Virus record (IMG/VR): IMGVR_UViG_3300045598_000011
DNA: 41,200 nucleotides
DNA from: a virus
Strand: one strand, 5' to 3'
This document shows, piece by piece, positions 6,485 through 15,189 of this stretch (position 1 is its first letter; every line of letters begins with the position of its first letter). A program made the translations under genes and the position numbers. A model generated the notes under the pieces. That model saw only the letters and a list, made by a program, of their open reading frames with translations, did not search any database and had not been told where the DNA came from.

Positions 6485-6985
6485 ATGAACACCGCTGAAA
6501 TCATTGCTGCTATCGCAACCGTTGACCAAAAACGGGCCGACGGCGAAATCGATAAGCAGTCCTACACGGATACTATCGACGCCTTGCAGCTTGAACTAGC
6601 CGACAAACTAGACGCTATCGCTTGGCTGATTAATGACACCGAAAAGGATTTAGCCATCTATAACCATGAGTTAGAAAAGATGGCCGAAATCAAGAAAGAA
6701 CGGGACAAGGCAAAAGCCCGTGTTGATCGTTTGCAAGAGTATATCGGTTATATCGTTGCTAATTCTGGTTCGGCAAAGGTCCGCACTGATAAGCACGTTT
6801 ATAGCAAGCGTAAGTCGCAAACAGTCGAATTTAACGATGAAAGCCTAATCCCGGCTGACTATTGGAAGGAAACGGTCAAGGTTGACCGCAAGCCGATTAA
6901 GGCTGAAATCAAGAAGGCAATCAAAGAAGGTAAAGAAGTGCCAGGCGCTTATCTAGCTACGAACTACAAGGGGGTCATTAAGTAA
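6485..6985 (+). CDS. Siphovirus Gp157-family protein
   Basis: 166 aa. Coiled-coil N-terminal half and a C-terminus ...IPADYWKETVKVDRKPIKAEIKKAIKEGKEVPGAYL typical of Sipho_Gp157. Sits upstream of the recombinase. Confidence 0.7.
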   Translation: MNTAEIIAAIATVDQKRADGEIDKQSYTDTIDALQLELADKLDAIAWLINDTEKDLAIYNHELEKMAEIKKERDKAKARVDRLQEYIGYIVANSGSAKVRTDKHVYSKRKSQTVEFNDESLIPADYWKETVKVDRKPIKAEIKKAIKEGKEVPGAYLATNYKGVIK

Positions 6986-7747
6986 ATGGCAGACGAAAAG
7001 AAGAAATCAGTGTTTGAAACGTTGTCTGCGGTTGATGTTTCAAAGCACGTTGAAGTTATCAAGATGAAGAAAGGTCCTGCGCTTAGTTATGTCAGTTGGT
7101 CTTGGGCATGGAATTTTGTTAAGTCGATTTATCCAGATACACCAACGCCGAAATTCAGCAAGTATCAAGAAATGCTGCTATCAACGGTTCAAGAGCCGTA
7201 CAAGGTTAAGTATGGCAATCAAGAGTACACCAAATATCGAACAGTAGTTAAGCATGCTGAACTGACTGATCGAGAAGTTCCATATCTAACAACGATGACT
7301 GGAACAATGGTCGAGTGCACGATCACAATCAAAGGCGAACCGTATACGGAAAGCCTTTATGTCATGGATAACAACAACAACGCTGTTATCAATCCGACGA
7401 TGAAAGAAATCAATAAAACGCAAAAGCGCTGCCTTGTTAAGGCCCTTGCCCTTGCAGGTCTTGGTTTAAGCATTTATGCCGGTGAAGACCTACCAATGGC
7501 TGATATTAACGAGGCTGACAAGCAACAAGCGGAACAGCGCAAGGAACAAGTTAATCAGCAACGCAAAATGAGCGCCCTACAAGCCGAATACAAGCGTTTG
7601 TTATGGGAATTGACTAATCACCTTAACGGTGATGGAAAACAAGCTGAAGAACGAATACTAAGTAAATTAAGCAACGGTCAACATAGTTGGCAAGATGCGA
7701 TTAATGCAGCTAAAGCATGTTTAAGCGAGGTAAAACAAAATGATTAA
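6986..7747 (+). CDS. Rad52-like single-strand annealing protein (Sak/DUF1071 type)
   Basis: Motif [23 protein letters not shown]. Position is between Gp157 and SSB. Confidence 0.65.
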   Translation: MADEKKKSVFETLSAVDVSKHVEVIKMKKGPALSYVSWSWAWNFVKSIYPDTPTPKFSKYQEMLLSTVQEPYKVKYGNQEYTKYRTVVKHAELTDREVPYLTTMTGTMVECTITIKGEPYTESLYVMDNNNNAVINPTMKEINKTQKRCLVKALALAGLGLSIYAGEDLPMADINEADKQQAEQRKEQVNQQRKMSALQAEYKRLLWELTNHLNGDGKQAEERILSKLSNGQHSWQDAINAAKACLSEVKQND

Positions 7748-8198
7748 TAATGTATCACTTACGGGGCGTATTACGAAAGACTTAGAGCAACGCAACACTA
7801 ACAGCGGTAAGGCGTTCGTTAACTTTACTCTAGCCGTTGACCGTCGATTCAAGGACCAAAACGGCGAGCGTCAAGCCGACTTTATTCAGATTCAAGCTTG
7901 GGGCAAGACGGCGGAAATTCTATGCAAGTACGCCGGTAAAGGTTCATTGATTGGCGTTGAAGGCCGTATTCAAACTCGTAACTACGAAAACAATCAAGGT
8001 CAGCGGGTTTATGTAACAGAGGTAGTAGCTGACAATATCAGCTTGTTATCGAGCCGTAACCAACAGCAAAATCAAGGTCAATCCAATTTCAACCAGCAAA
8101 ACCCTTATGAAGCACCCCAAAATCAACAAAATAACGGCGATTTTGGAAACTTTAACGCTGGTATGCCGTTTGAAAGCGACCCTAACATTCCGTTCTGA
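7740..8198 (+). CDS. ssb: Single-stranded DNA-binding protein
   Basis: OB-fold N-terminus ([16 protein letters not shown]...[12 protein letters not shown]...[23 protein letters not shown]), a Q/N-rich linker, and an acidic tail ending DPNIPF. Confidence 0.95.
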   Translation: MINNVSLTGRITKDLEQRNTNSGKAFVNFTLAVDRRFKDQNGERQADFIQIQAWGKTAEILCKYAGKGSLIGVEGRIQTRNYENNQGQRVYVTEVVADNISLLSSRNQQQNQGQSNFNQQNPYEAPQNQQNNGDFGNFNAGMPFESDPNIPF

Positions 8199-8881
8199 TG
8201 AAATCTGGTAAAGCGTACTGGGAGCAGGGCGGGTGGTGGATTGCACCAGACGAAACGCCTAACTTGTCGCATATCGAAACTATGTACGGCAAAACAAACG
8301 GCGTACCGGTGCAATACGAAATCCCAGATAAACGCAAAGCGAGACCAAAACAACGTCGATTATTTTTCGCACTGTTAAGCGACATTCATAGATGGTCAGG
8401 CGAGCCGGCCGAGTGGTTGAAGGAATACTTTTATCTTCAATACACGATAAAGACTGCCGGCAAAGAGATTAGCTTGGCAAACGATACCGTTAGCACGGTA
8501 TCAGATGCAACGGAACTGATAAACCTGGTGATTGATTTCATTTTCGATTATCAAGTTCCAATCAACGATGGCTATCCATTGTTGCCAAGAGATGAAGCAT
8601 ATTTCCAATATAAGTGTATTCAGCATAGGTGCTGCTTAATCTGCGGTCGTGCTGCTGACATCAACCATATTGATGAGGTCGGCATGGGTCGTAACCGTAA
8701 CAAGCTAGACCATACGCAAGCAAGATTATCAGCCTTATGCAGGGTTCATCATACGGAATTCCATCAAATTGGTTATCAAACGTTTTGCAAGAAGTATCGC
8801 TTAACTAACTTAGGTGTGAAGGTTAACGCCGAAACACTGAAACGAATCGGCATGAAAGGAAATTACAGAGGAGGAAATTAA
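8198..8881 (+). CDS. HNH/His-Me-finger nuclease-like protein (DUF968-type)
   Basis: C-terminal CCLICGRAADINHIDEVGMGRNRNKLDH...LCRVHHTEFH has Cys pairs plus His/Asn, typical of HNH. Confidence 0.55.
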   Translation: MKSGKAYWEQGGWWIAPDETPNLSHIETMYGKTNGVPVQYEIPDKRKARPKQRRLFFALLSDIHRWSGEPAEWLKEYFYLQYTIKTAGKEISLANDTVSTVSDATELINLVIDFIFDYQVPINDGYPLLPRDEAYFQYKCIQHRCCLICGRAADINHIDEVGMGRNRNKLDHTQARLSALCRVHHTEFHQIGYQTFCKKYRLTNLGVKVNAETLKRIGMKGNYRGGN

Positions 8882-8884
8882 AAA

Positions 8885-9094
8885 ATGGACTTCAAAGAAG
8901 AAATGGACGCTTATTCACAAGGATTGAGAAGAACGTTATTGCTATCGCCATTGGGCATTGACATTAGCGATGAAGCAAAAAAGTTAGCAACAGACATCGC
9001 TAATTTATGTCGTGAAAGTGGCCTTGACTATGTAGAAATTCAAAAGGCCATTATCCATGCAGATAACAGCCTTTACTATCATGCGAAACCTTAA
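8885..9094 (+). CDS. Hypothetical protein
   Basis: 69 aa ORF with RBS GAGGAGGA. Confidence 0.6.
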   Translation: MDFKEEMDAYSQGLRRTLLLSPLGIDISDEAKKLATDIANLCRESGLDYVEIQKAIIHADNSLYYHAKP

Positions 9095-9339
9095 TAATCC
9101 CACCGATCATTGTCTAGTTCGTGTTTCGCGTCAATTTGTGAATATTGGTCTGAAATTTGTTTAGTAGCACCAAGAATAAAACAGTTAGTTGAATGCTGAT
9201 AGATTCCACGTTCTATATATCTATCGTCTGCATAACTCGTTGTTGTTACTTTTAACAATTTCCAACCATGTTCAAGCAGCTTATTAGCGAGATCAATTGA
9301 TTCAACACTAGCTAAACGGTAAACATTTTTTAAATTCAT
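9091..9339 (-). CDS. Hypothetical protein on the opposite strand inside the replication module
   Basis: 82 aa, RBS AAAGGTGGTGA. Convergent with 8885-9094 (4-nt overlap). Confidence 0.6.
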   Translation of the reverse strand: MNLKNVYRLASVESIDLANKLLEHGWKLLKVTTTSYADDRYIERGIYQHSTNCFILGATKQISDQYSQIDAKHELDNDRWDY

Positions 9340-9401
9340 AAAATCACCACCTTTAAAGTTGATATCAAGATTTTAACAAACAATCAGCATGAAGGGAGCT
9401 T

Positions 9402-10223
9402 ATGGCAATGGATAAATACGAAGGAAGCCGACTATTCTTAAACATTCCGGCTGATGTCGCTCATATGCCAAACATTAAAGATAAATCAATCCTATTATTC
9501 GGTGAGATTTATTCAATGCTTAACGTAACGGGGAAGTTTTATATGAGCAACAAGGCGCTGGCAGAGCGTTTGCATTGCAAGCCAAGAACGATCACTGATT
9601 GCGTAAAGCAACTGCAAGAGTTAGGGCTGATCAACGTAAAGAATGTTTATCAACCTAACTCAAAAGCAATCAAAGGCCGTGAAATAACTCTCAACCCCCT
9701 ATGGCAAAAAAATGCTAGAGGGTATAGCAATGAAATGCTAGAGGGGTATAGCAATAATTTGCTAGAGGGTATAGCAGCAGATTGCTATGTAAAAGAACAA
9801 GAGAATAGAACAAAGAATAGAACAGTAAAAGATATATATAGTCAGGCAGAGCCTGACGGTGTAGCTGACAAGACTAAAACAATCATTGACTATCTAAATG
9901 AAAAAACAGATAGCCACTACAAAGCAACTACACCAAAGACCAAGCAGCTAGTTCAAGCAAGGCTTAAAGAAGGATTCACCGTTGATGACTTTAAAACAGT
10001 TATCGACAAGAAAACTGCTACTTGGCTGAACGACAACAAGATGAACAAATATCTACGGCCGTTAACGCTGTTTGGAACTAAGTTTGAAGACTATCTAAAC
10101 GAGAAAGTAAAGGGTCAACCAGACAAGAACGATCCTTACTACACCGAAAAGATTAACCCAATGACTGGTCAGCCAGACCCTAACGGATTGACACGGTATC
10201 AGATGGACAACGAATACTGGTAG
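9402..10223 (+). CDS. Replisome organiser / replication initiator (N-terminal wHTH, C-terminal Phg_2220_C-like domain)
   Basis: C-terminus IIDYLNEKTDSHYKATTPKTKQLVQARLKEGFTVDDFKTVIDKKTATWLNDNKMNKYLRPLTLFGTKFEDYLNE matches the conserved phage C-terminus. Iterons are embedded. ATG 9408 has the better RBS spacing. Confidence 0.8.
   Translation: MAMDKYEGSRLFLNIPADVAHMPNIKDKSILLFGEIYSMLNVTGKFYMSNKALAERLHCKPRTITDCVKQLQELGLINVKNVYQPNSKAIKGREITLNPLWQKNARGYSNEMLEGYSNNLLEGIAADCYVKEQENRTKNRTVKDIYSQAEPDGVADKTKTIIDYLNEKTDSHYKATTPKTKQLVQARLKEGFTVDDFKTVIDKKTATWLNDNKMNKYLRPLTLFGTKFEDYLNEKVKGQPDKNDPYYTEKINPMTGQPDPNGLTRYQMDNEYW
9714..9776. repeat. Three direct iterons GCTAGAGGG(G)TATAGCA at 23-24-bp spacing; candidate origin of replication
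   Basis: Copies start at 9714, 9737 and 9761, read directly inside the organiser gene (protein ...GYSNEMLEGYSNNLLEGIA...). Confidence 0.6.
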
Positions 10224-10233
10224 GAGGTGAAAC

Positions 10234-11064
10234 ATGCTAAGCGTAAAGGACAGCGCCAAAGAAGGCGTTAAGAGTTTGAAGAAAATCTTTGCAAAAGAAG
10301 GTTGGGAACTTCCCGACGTTGATCTGACAGACAAGCAAGCAGCGGTTGACTATCTTAAAAAGAAAGCTAAACCGTTGCATGACGAGTGGCGTAAAGAGAA
10401 TGCACGGCACAACTTTAATCGGGTTTATCGAAAGTCGCTATGGACTGGCAATCAGCCGGTTAAGTTCACGTTCGCTGATTGGAAAACAGACAAGCAGGCG
10501 GACAAGAAACAGGCTGCTGAAATCGGCAATCGTGCTTGGACGTTGGCAAAGATGATTGCAGGCGGTCAGAGCATGAACGTATATCTTGCGGGCAATCCTG
10601 GCACGGGCAAAACAAGTCTAGCACTAGCGATGGTTGACAAGATTCGCAACGAAAGCGGAAAGACAGCGCTGTTTGTATCGACTGACGCATTGGCTGAGCT
10701 ATACAGTCGGCGGTTCGACGATAAGGTGTTGCAGAATCGCTTGTATGAACTAATCGATCTAATGCAGGGAAACCGCCAATTGAAAGTCGATCCGGTTGAT
10801 GTTCTGGTACTTGATGATTTTGGGACAGAAGGCGGTATGCGAACTGACACCAAAAGTCAAGTTCGTGTTGACATGCAAAAAGGGCTGTTCAGCGTTGCAG
10901 ACACAAGATTTGGCAAGTTCACGACGATTGTTACCACGAACAACAAAACAAGCGAACTACAAGAAATGTATAACGAAAAGCTATTAAGTCGCTTGATTAC
11001 ACGCAACCCAGAACACCGCTTGACGTTTAACGGCATGGTAGATGTACGAGCAAGCATGATTTAA
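10234..11064 (+). CDS. DnaC/IstB-like AAA+ helicase loader
   Basis: Walker A is LAGNPGTGKTSLA and Walker B is VLVLDDFGTE. Directly follows the organiser. Confidence 0.85.
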   Translation: MLSVKDSAKEGVKSLKKIFAKEGWELPDVDLTDKQAAVDYLKKKAKPLHDEWRKENARHNFNRVYRKSLWTGNQPVKFTFADWKTDKQADKKQAAEIGNRAWTLAKMIAGGQSMNVYLAGNPGTGKTSLALAMVDKIRNESGKTALFVSTDALAELYSRRFDDKVLQNRLYELIDLMQGNRQLKVDPVDVLVLDDFGTEGGMRTDTKSQVRVDMQKGLFSVADTRFGKFTTIVTTNNKTSELQEMYNEKLLSRLITRNPEHRLTFNGMVDVRASMI

Positions 11065-11108
11065 AAGACTGCAATCGAGTTCAAATTGAATGGTAGGAGA
11101 CAAAAACG

Positions 11109-11588
11109 ATGACTGAACGAATTTTACAACATAAGAAACCGGCCAACGCGCCATTTAGTATTAAGCGTTGCTTAGGAGATAAGTGGAATAGAATTCCGGG
11201 ATGGCAGAAAGGTTTTAAATGCTGCCTTGATTGTGGGCTGCCAACAATGAGATTGGTTTACCAGGAATCTGAAGTTTACACAATGCTTTGCATGGCTTGC
11301 GGTAAGGCACATCGTTATTACGCAAATAGTTGTGCCAAAGCTGAACAGATTTATGACCGCATTGATGTAGACGATTATAAGTGCGCTCAACATGCAGTTG
11401 GTTTGGATTATCACAACACACCAACTGGACGCAACTATTTTACAACTGATGGCGAGAATCCTTTTAAGACACTGCCAAGCGATTGTTACGATAGCAAAAA
11501 CAACTGCTACTGGCTCACCCCATATGGCTATCGGCTGCTCGGCTTCGATGATATGGGCGATGATCAGTACCTAAAAATATTATGGTAG
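11109..11588 (+). CDS. Hypothetical protein with a Cys-rich (zinc-ribbon-like) segment
   Basis: 159 aa, CCLDCG...CMACG. RBS TAGGAG. Confidence 0.6.
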   Translation: MTERILQHKKPANAPFSIKRCLGDKWNRIPGWQKGFKCCLDCGLPTMRLVYQESEVYTMLCMACGKAHRYYANSCAKAEQIYDRIDVDDYKCAQHAVGLDYHNTPTGRNYFTTDGENPFKTLPSDCYDSKNNCYWLTPYGYRLLGFDDMGDDQYLKILW

Positions 11589-11599
11589 GAGGACTGAAA

Positions 11600-11824
11600 A
11601 TGCTGAAGATCATTAAGAATGGAATGCTGCTAGACACTGAGCAACGTTGCGCTTGGTGTGGTGGTTCGGGCTATCTGGACGCAATCGAACGCAAGTGCCC
11701 GTTTTGCGAAGGCGACGGCATGCTGCGTATTGACCCAGAAATCGTAAAGATCATGAAGAGTTCCGGGCATTGGGACAGCAACAACGAAGTAGACGCAAGT
11801 CTAATGCACGATATGGGGGTATAG
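11600..11824 (+). CDS. Small protein with two DnaJ-type CxxCxGxG zinc-finger motifs
   Basis: MLKIIKNG...CAWCGGSG...CPFCEGDG. Start trimmed to the ATG after AGGAGG. Confidence 0.6.
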   Translation: MLKIIKNGMLLDTEQRCAWCGGSGYLDAIERKCPFCEGDGMLRIDPEIVKIMKSSGHWDSNNEVDASLMHDMGV

Positions 11825-11826
11825 AG

Positions 11827-12000
11827 TTGAAAGTTTTGGTGAAGTTATTCTACGCATTAGCGATTATCGCAATGCTGGCAACAACGGTCGGCTTTTTCTG
11901 GGCATTATGGATTAACGCCACTTTAGGTATCAAAGCAATGGTAACTGCTATGTTTAGCGCTTTGATTTTCGCCAGTGTCGGCACGTCATTAGACCATTGA
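11827..12000 (+). CDS. Small membrane protein (two TM helices)
   Basis: LKVLVKLFYALAIIAMLATTVGFFWALWINATLGIKAMVTAMFSALIFASVG. A TTG start after GGGGG is proposed; the start is uncertain. Confidence 0.45.
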   Translation: MKVLVKLFYALAIIAMLATTVGFFWALWINATLGIKAMVTAMFSALIFASVGTSLDH

Positions 12001-12431
12001 TGATCAAGCTGATCTTACCGATTGAACCGGTAGCACAAGCAAGGCCACGAGCAAGAAGGTTTGGCAAGGGCATTCGGCTGTATGACCCACCTAAAACAGC
12101 AGTATTCAAGAAACAGTTGCGAGCATTGGCAACAGAGATGTATCACGATGCACCAGTCGAGGGTGAAATCTATCTCAAGGTAGCCTTTTATCGAAAGATT
12201 CAAAAGAGCATATCGAAAAAAGAACACGATAGACGGGCGTCAGGAGCGCATAGACCGATTGTAAAAGCCGACTTGTCTAATTACCTTAAATCATTCGAAG
12301 ATGCCTTAAACGGCGTTTTATGGAAAGATGACGCAATGATCGTTCACGAAGAAATAGACAAGTATTACTCGGACAAGCCAAGAATAGAGGTTGAAATTTA
12401 TGCAAAGGAATTCTCAAAAAATCGAGATTGA
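11997..12431 (+). CDS. rusA: RusA-family Holliday junction resolvase
   Basis: PIEPVAQARPRARRFG...KADLSNYLKSFEDALNGVLWKDDAMIV carries the RusA Asp-rich catalytic motif. Confidence 0.85.
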   Translation: MMIKLILPIEPVAQARPRARRFGKGIRLYDPPKTAVFKKQLRALATEMYHDAPVEGEIYLKVAFYRKIQKSISKKEHDRRASGAHRPIVKADLSNYLKSFEDALNGVLWKDDAMIVHEEIDKYYSDKPRIEVEIYAKEFSKNRD

Positions 12432-12448
12432 AGTTAGGAGTATGACAA

Positions 12449-12949
12449 ATGTTGACTAAAGAAAAGTTAAGCGAAATCACCAAACAAGCAATCGGAACAC
12501 TGCATTATACCTATACCGTTGGGAAAGTAGGCTCACAAAACAGCTTTGCAATTCGTCTGTATGACGCTATTAGCGAAGAGCTTGTCGCAAACTCGTTTAT
12601 CTATGAAGGCGATAAGCCCGGTTGGTTCACGGTTGATTTCGTTCCAGAACGAAGCAACAAGACTGATCGTGAAGTGCTGCGTGATATTAACAGCCAACTG
12701 TACGATTATTTCGATGAACAACTAGAGCCGAAATATTATATCAAGCTGCTAAATACCGAATATGGGTATCTGGCAAGAGTGGAAGGCACAGATACGTGGA
12801 GCGTAACATCGCTCAAGATTGCCAAGATGAGCAATCAGAAAGTGGCATTCACGGCTGGTGAAATCAGTGAAATCGCAAATAGCGATTTATGCGCCAACTT
12901 GAACCCTATGGATTTATGGCACGCTGCGGAAGAAGTCGAGGAGGATTAA
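12449..12949 (+). CDS. Hypothetical protein
   Basis: 166 aa ORF with RBS TAGGAG. Confidence 0.65.
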   Translation: MLTKEKLSEITKQAIGTLHYTYTVGKVGSQNSFAIRLYDAISEELVANSFIYEGDKPGWFTVDFVPERSNKTDREVLRDINSQLYDYFDEQLEPKYYIKLLNTEYGYLARVEGTDTWSVTSLKIAKMSNQKVAFTAGEISEIANSDLCANLNPMDLWHAAEEVEED

Positions 12950-12951
12950 GC

Positions 12952-13230
12952 ATGGTATCAAGCTACAAAGGGACTGAAAACAACGAACAGCCAAAGCGCT
13001 TGTTGTTGGCGTTCGAAACGAGCGAAGAAGTTCAAAGGTTTTTCATCAAAGGTGTATTTCGCACCGAAACCGCGCTGATTGATCAAGCAATGCGCAAGGG
13101 TACGTTGTATCGCACTACTAGTGAATTTGGCAATATGATCGCTATCGTGCCGAACAAAATCATTAGTTTGTGTGAAATTCCTGACTTGGAACGAGTTAAG
13201 GAGCGGATTAAAGATGAAGATCAAGATTGA
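12952..13230 (+). CDS. Hypothetical protein
   Basis: Start trimmed to MVSSYKGTE, after RBS GAGGAGGA. Confidence 0.6.
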   Translation: MVSSYKGTENNEQPKRLLLAFETSEEVQRFFIKGVFRTETALIDQAMRKGTLYRTTSEFGNMIAIVPNKIISLCEIPDLERVKERIKDEDQD

Positions 13231-13483
13231 CGATAGCTATTACATTACTAGCGACAGTTACAATCCTGCCATTTTGGTTAAGTTTGGCATTAATAAGGAA
13301 AATGGCAAGGTGGTTGAGCTTCGGCGCTGGTACTGCGGACGCAAACTAAGTGCTGCGTTTGACGAGTATATCAAGCAGACGGCAAACAACGATGATGAGA
13401 TTAAGACCATGCAAGGCTATGCTGCACTGGTTGATAACGCTGAAAAGCGGATCGCAAAGATGTTGAAGGAAGGGACTATGTAA
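13214..13483 (+). CDS. Hypothetical protein
   Basis: Start trimmed to MKIKIDDSYY, after RBS AAGGAG. Confidence 0.6.
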   Translation: MKIKIDDSYYITSDSYNPAILVKFGINKENGKVVELRRWYCGRKLSAAFDEYIKQTANNDDEIKTMQGYAALVDNAEKRIAKMLKEGTM

Positions 13484-13633
13484 ATGACAAAACGGGCACG
13501 GGAACATGCAGGGCTTGTACTTGCGTTGAAAGCATACAAGCGTTGCTATCGTGCCAACGGGCCAGGCGTTTCTGGTCCACGTTGGCGAGCATATCGAACG
13601 GAACAAGAAAAGGAAATGAGGCGTTGGCGATGA
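13484..13633 (+). CDS. Small, highly basic protein (49 aa); below the ORF-track cutoff
   Basis: MTKRAREHAGLVLALKAYKRCYRANGPGVSGPRWRAYRTEQEKEMRRWR. Stop/start overlap (ATGA) with the next gene. Confidence 0.4.
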   Translation: MTKRAREHAGLVLALKAYKRCYRANGPGVSGPRWRAYRTEQEKEMRRWR

Positions 13634-13911
13634 AGAACAAATTAGCCGTTTTAATGGCAGAACGAGGATTGAAGATTGCTGATCTGTATAGAGATACTGG
13701 CATTTCGAAAACAACGTTAATGCAAATTGCTAATAACAAAGGGAAGGGAATTCAGTACGCAACTCTTGAAAAGCTGCTAGATTATTTTGATATTTCGCCG
13801 AATGAATTTTTTGGATATGAAAGCCAAAAAGCGAATGACATTTGGGATTTTGAAGATTTAGGTAAACTTTTCATCAAACTAGGTAAATATTTCAATTCGT
13901 TAGATGACTAG
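13630..13911 (+). CDS. XRE-family HTH transcriptional regulator
   Basis: MKNKLAVLMAERGLKIADLYRDTGISKTTLMQIANNKGKGIQYATLEKLLDYFDISPNEFF. Confidence 0.8.
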   Translation: MKNKLAVLMAERGLKIADLYRDTGISKTTLMQIANNKGKGIQYATLEKLLDYFDISPNEFFGYESQKANDIWDFEDLGKLFIKLGKYFNSLDD

Positions 13912-13923
13912 GGGGCGTTGGCG

Positions 13924-14310
13924 ATGAACAGATTAAAAGTGCTGCGTAAAAATCGTGGGTTAACGTTGAAACAACTGTCAAAAGAATTAAAAGAAACGTC
14001 AGGCGTTGATCTCACACCGGACGCACTATCTAAGTATGAACGCCAAGAACGAAAAATGAACAATTATGAAGTAGTGAAAGAGATTGCACGTTTCTTCTGC
14101 GTTTCGATTGATTATCTGAGGGGCACTAGTCGAGATTGTTATTTTTGCTATGACCGTTATAACGATGCTGAGTTTGGCCAGTCGTTAACAGTAGATGGCG
14201 CTGAAGTAAAACTTGACCTTCGCCATAAACGATTGTTGATCATTGATGGAGATTATGGAGAATTCCGTATGCTGATTAGTTATTGCCCATGCTGTGGGAG
14301 AGAACTATAA
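13924..14310 (+). CDS. XRE-family HTH regulator fused to a C-terminal 4-Cys zinc ribbon
   Basis: MNRLKVLRKNRGLTLKQLSKEL...YLRG, then CYFCYD...CPCCG. The start context gcgttggcgATGaa is duplicated from the previous gene. Confidence 0.75.
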   Translation: MNRLKVLRKNRGLTLKQLSKELKETSGVDLTPDALSKYERQERKMNNYEVVKEIARFFCVSIDYLRGTSRDCYFCYDRYNDAEFGQSLTVDGAEVKLDLRHKRLLIIDGDYGEFRMLISYCPCCGREL

Positions 14311-14321
14311 GAGGTGCTGAG

Positions 14322-14531
14322 ATGAAAGAACTGAAAAACCAGTTAAAGCACGAGCGTAAAGAAGTTGATGAAAAGATTGATGAACTTGTCGCTTTCTTAA
14401 ACATTCAGCGCGAACATCAGACGGTTAGTGATGCACAACTTTCGTTAGCGGAAACGCAATTCATGCTGCTAGAAACGTACTACGTTTTGATTAATCGGCG
14501 AATCAAGGATTTAAAGCGAAAACGAGGTTAA
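14322..14531 (+). CDS. Hypothetical coiled-coil protein
   Basis: Start trimmed to MKELKNQLKH, after RBS AGAGGTG. Confidence 0.6.
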   Translation: MKELKNQLKHERKEVDEKIDELVAFLNIQREHQTVSDAQLSLAETQFMLLETYYVLINRRIKDLKRKRG

Positions 14532-14534
14532 AAG

Positions 14535-14912
14535 ATGAGCACTAGACGAGCAAAGAAACAAAAAGCATTCAAAGAGTATGAACATCAAGGAGGAAGAACG
14601 ATGAACAAAAAATTAGTTGATGAGTTTGGCAAGAAGCTCAAAGCGCTTGACAACCATCTAGATTTTAAAGTTTTAGAAAATACTGAGGCAAATTTGAACG
14701 GTAGTTTTATTAGCCTCAGCGAAAAAGGGAATGTTTTGATCACCTATGGCAATGATACTGTATTTGAATTGACCACTATCGATGAGACTCCAGTAATTGA
14801 TCTAGACTCTATCTACGTCGATAAAGATAACTCTGCCTTGTTTGGTGATCTGATTAAGTTGTGCGGTGGGTATTTGGACGCATTCTTTGGTGATGATGAG
14901 CATGACAACTAG
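14535..14912 (+). CDS. Hypothetical protein (N-terminus MSTRRAKK, C-terminus EHDN)
   Basis: ORF preceded by a GAGG RBS. An internal ATG at 14601 with AAGGAGG is an alternative start. It shares end motifs with the next gene. Confidence 0.55.
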   Translation: MSTRRAKKQKAFKEYEHQGGRTMNKKLVDEFGKKLKALDNHLDFKVLENTEANLNGSFISLSEKGNVLITYGNDTVFELTTIDETPVIDLDSIYVDKDNSALFGDLIKLCGGYLDAFFGDDEHDN

Positions 14913-15189
14913 ACGAGCAAAGCGACACGAGAGCGATGTCTTCCTAGATATCAAAGCTAGAAAATTCTGGAAAACATTCGACCAAGAAGGGCTTATGCAT
15001 AAGGACATTAGGAAATTCGCTGACCGACCGCGCAAATTCCGTAAACGTGCTTATCATCGCGCGAAAGAGATTGAAAATAAAAGCCTGAAGACGGAGCCAC
15101 TAGGATTGTTGCGATTCGTAAAAGCTCCGTTTGACCCGGATCCATTTGAACCGTTTTGGGCAACAAAGGAGGGACAACATGACAACTAG
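14902..15189 (+). CDS. Hypothetical protein (N-terminus MTTRRAKR, C-terminus QHDN)
   Basis: The start lies inside the CATGACAACTAG junction that also encodes the upstream stop. Confidence 0.5.
   Translation: MTTRRAKRHESDVFLDIKARKFWKTFDQEGLMHKDIRKFADRPRKFRKRAYHRAKEIENKSLKTEPLGLLRFVKAPFDPDPFEPFWATKEGQHDN

Noticed and set aside
10346-11057. Several alternative-frame and antisense ORFs within the DnaC-like gene (10346-10555, 10466-10690, 10566-10853, 10796-10987, 10857-11057)
   Set aside because: All are nested in a gene with clear Walker A and B motifs, and none has start signals.
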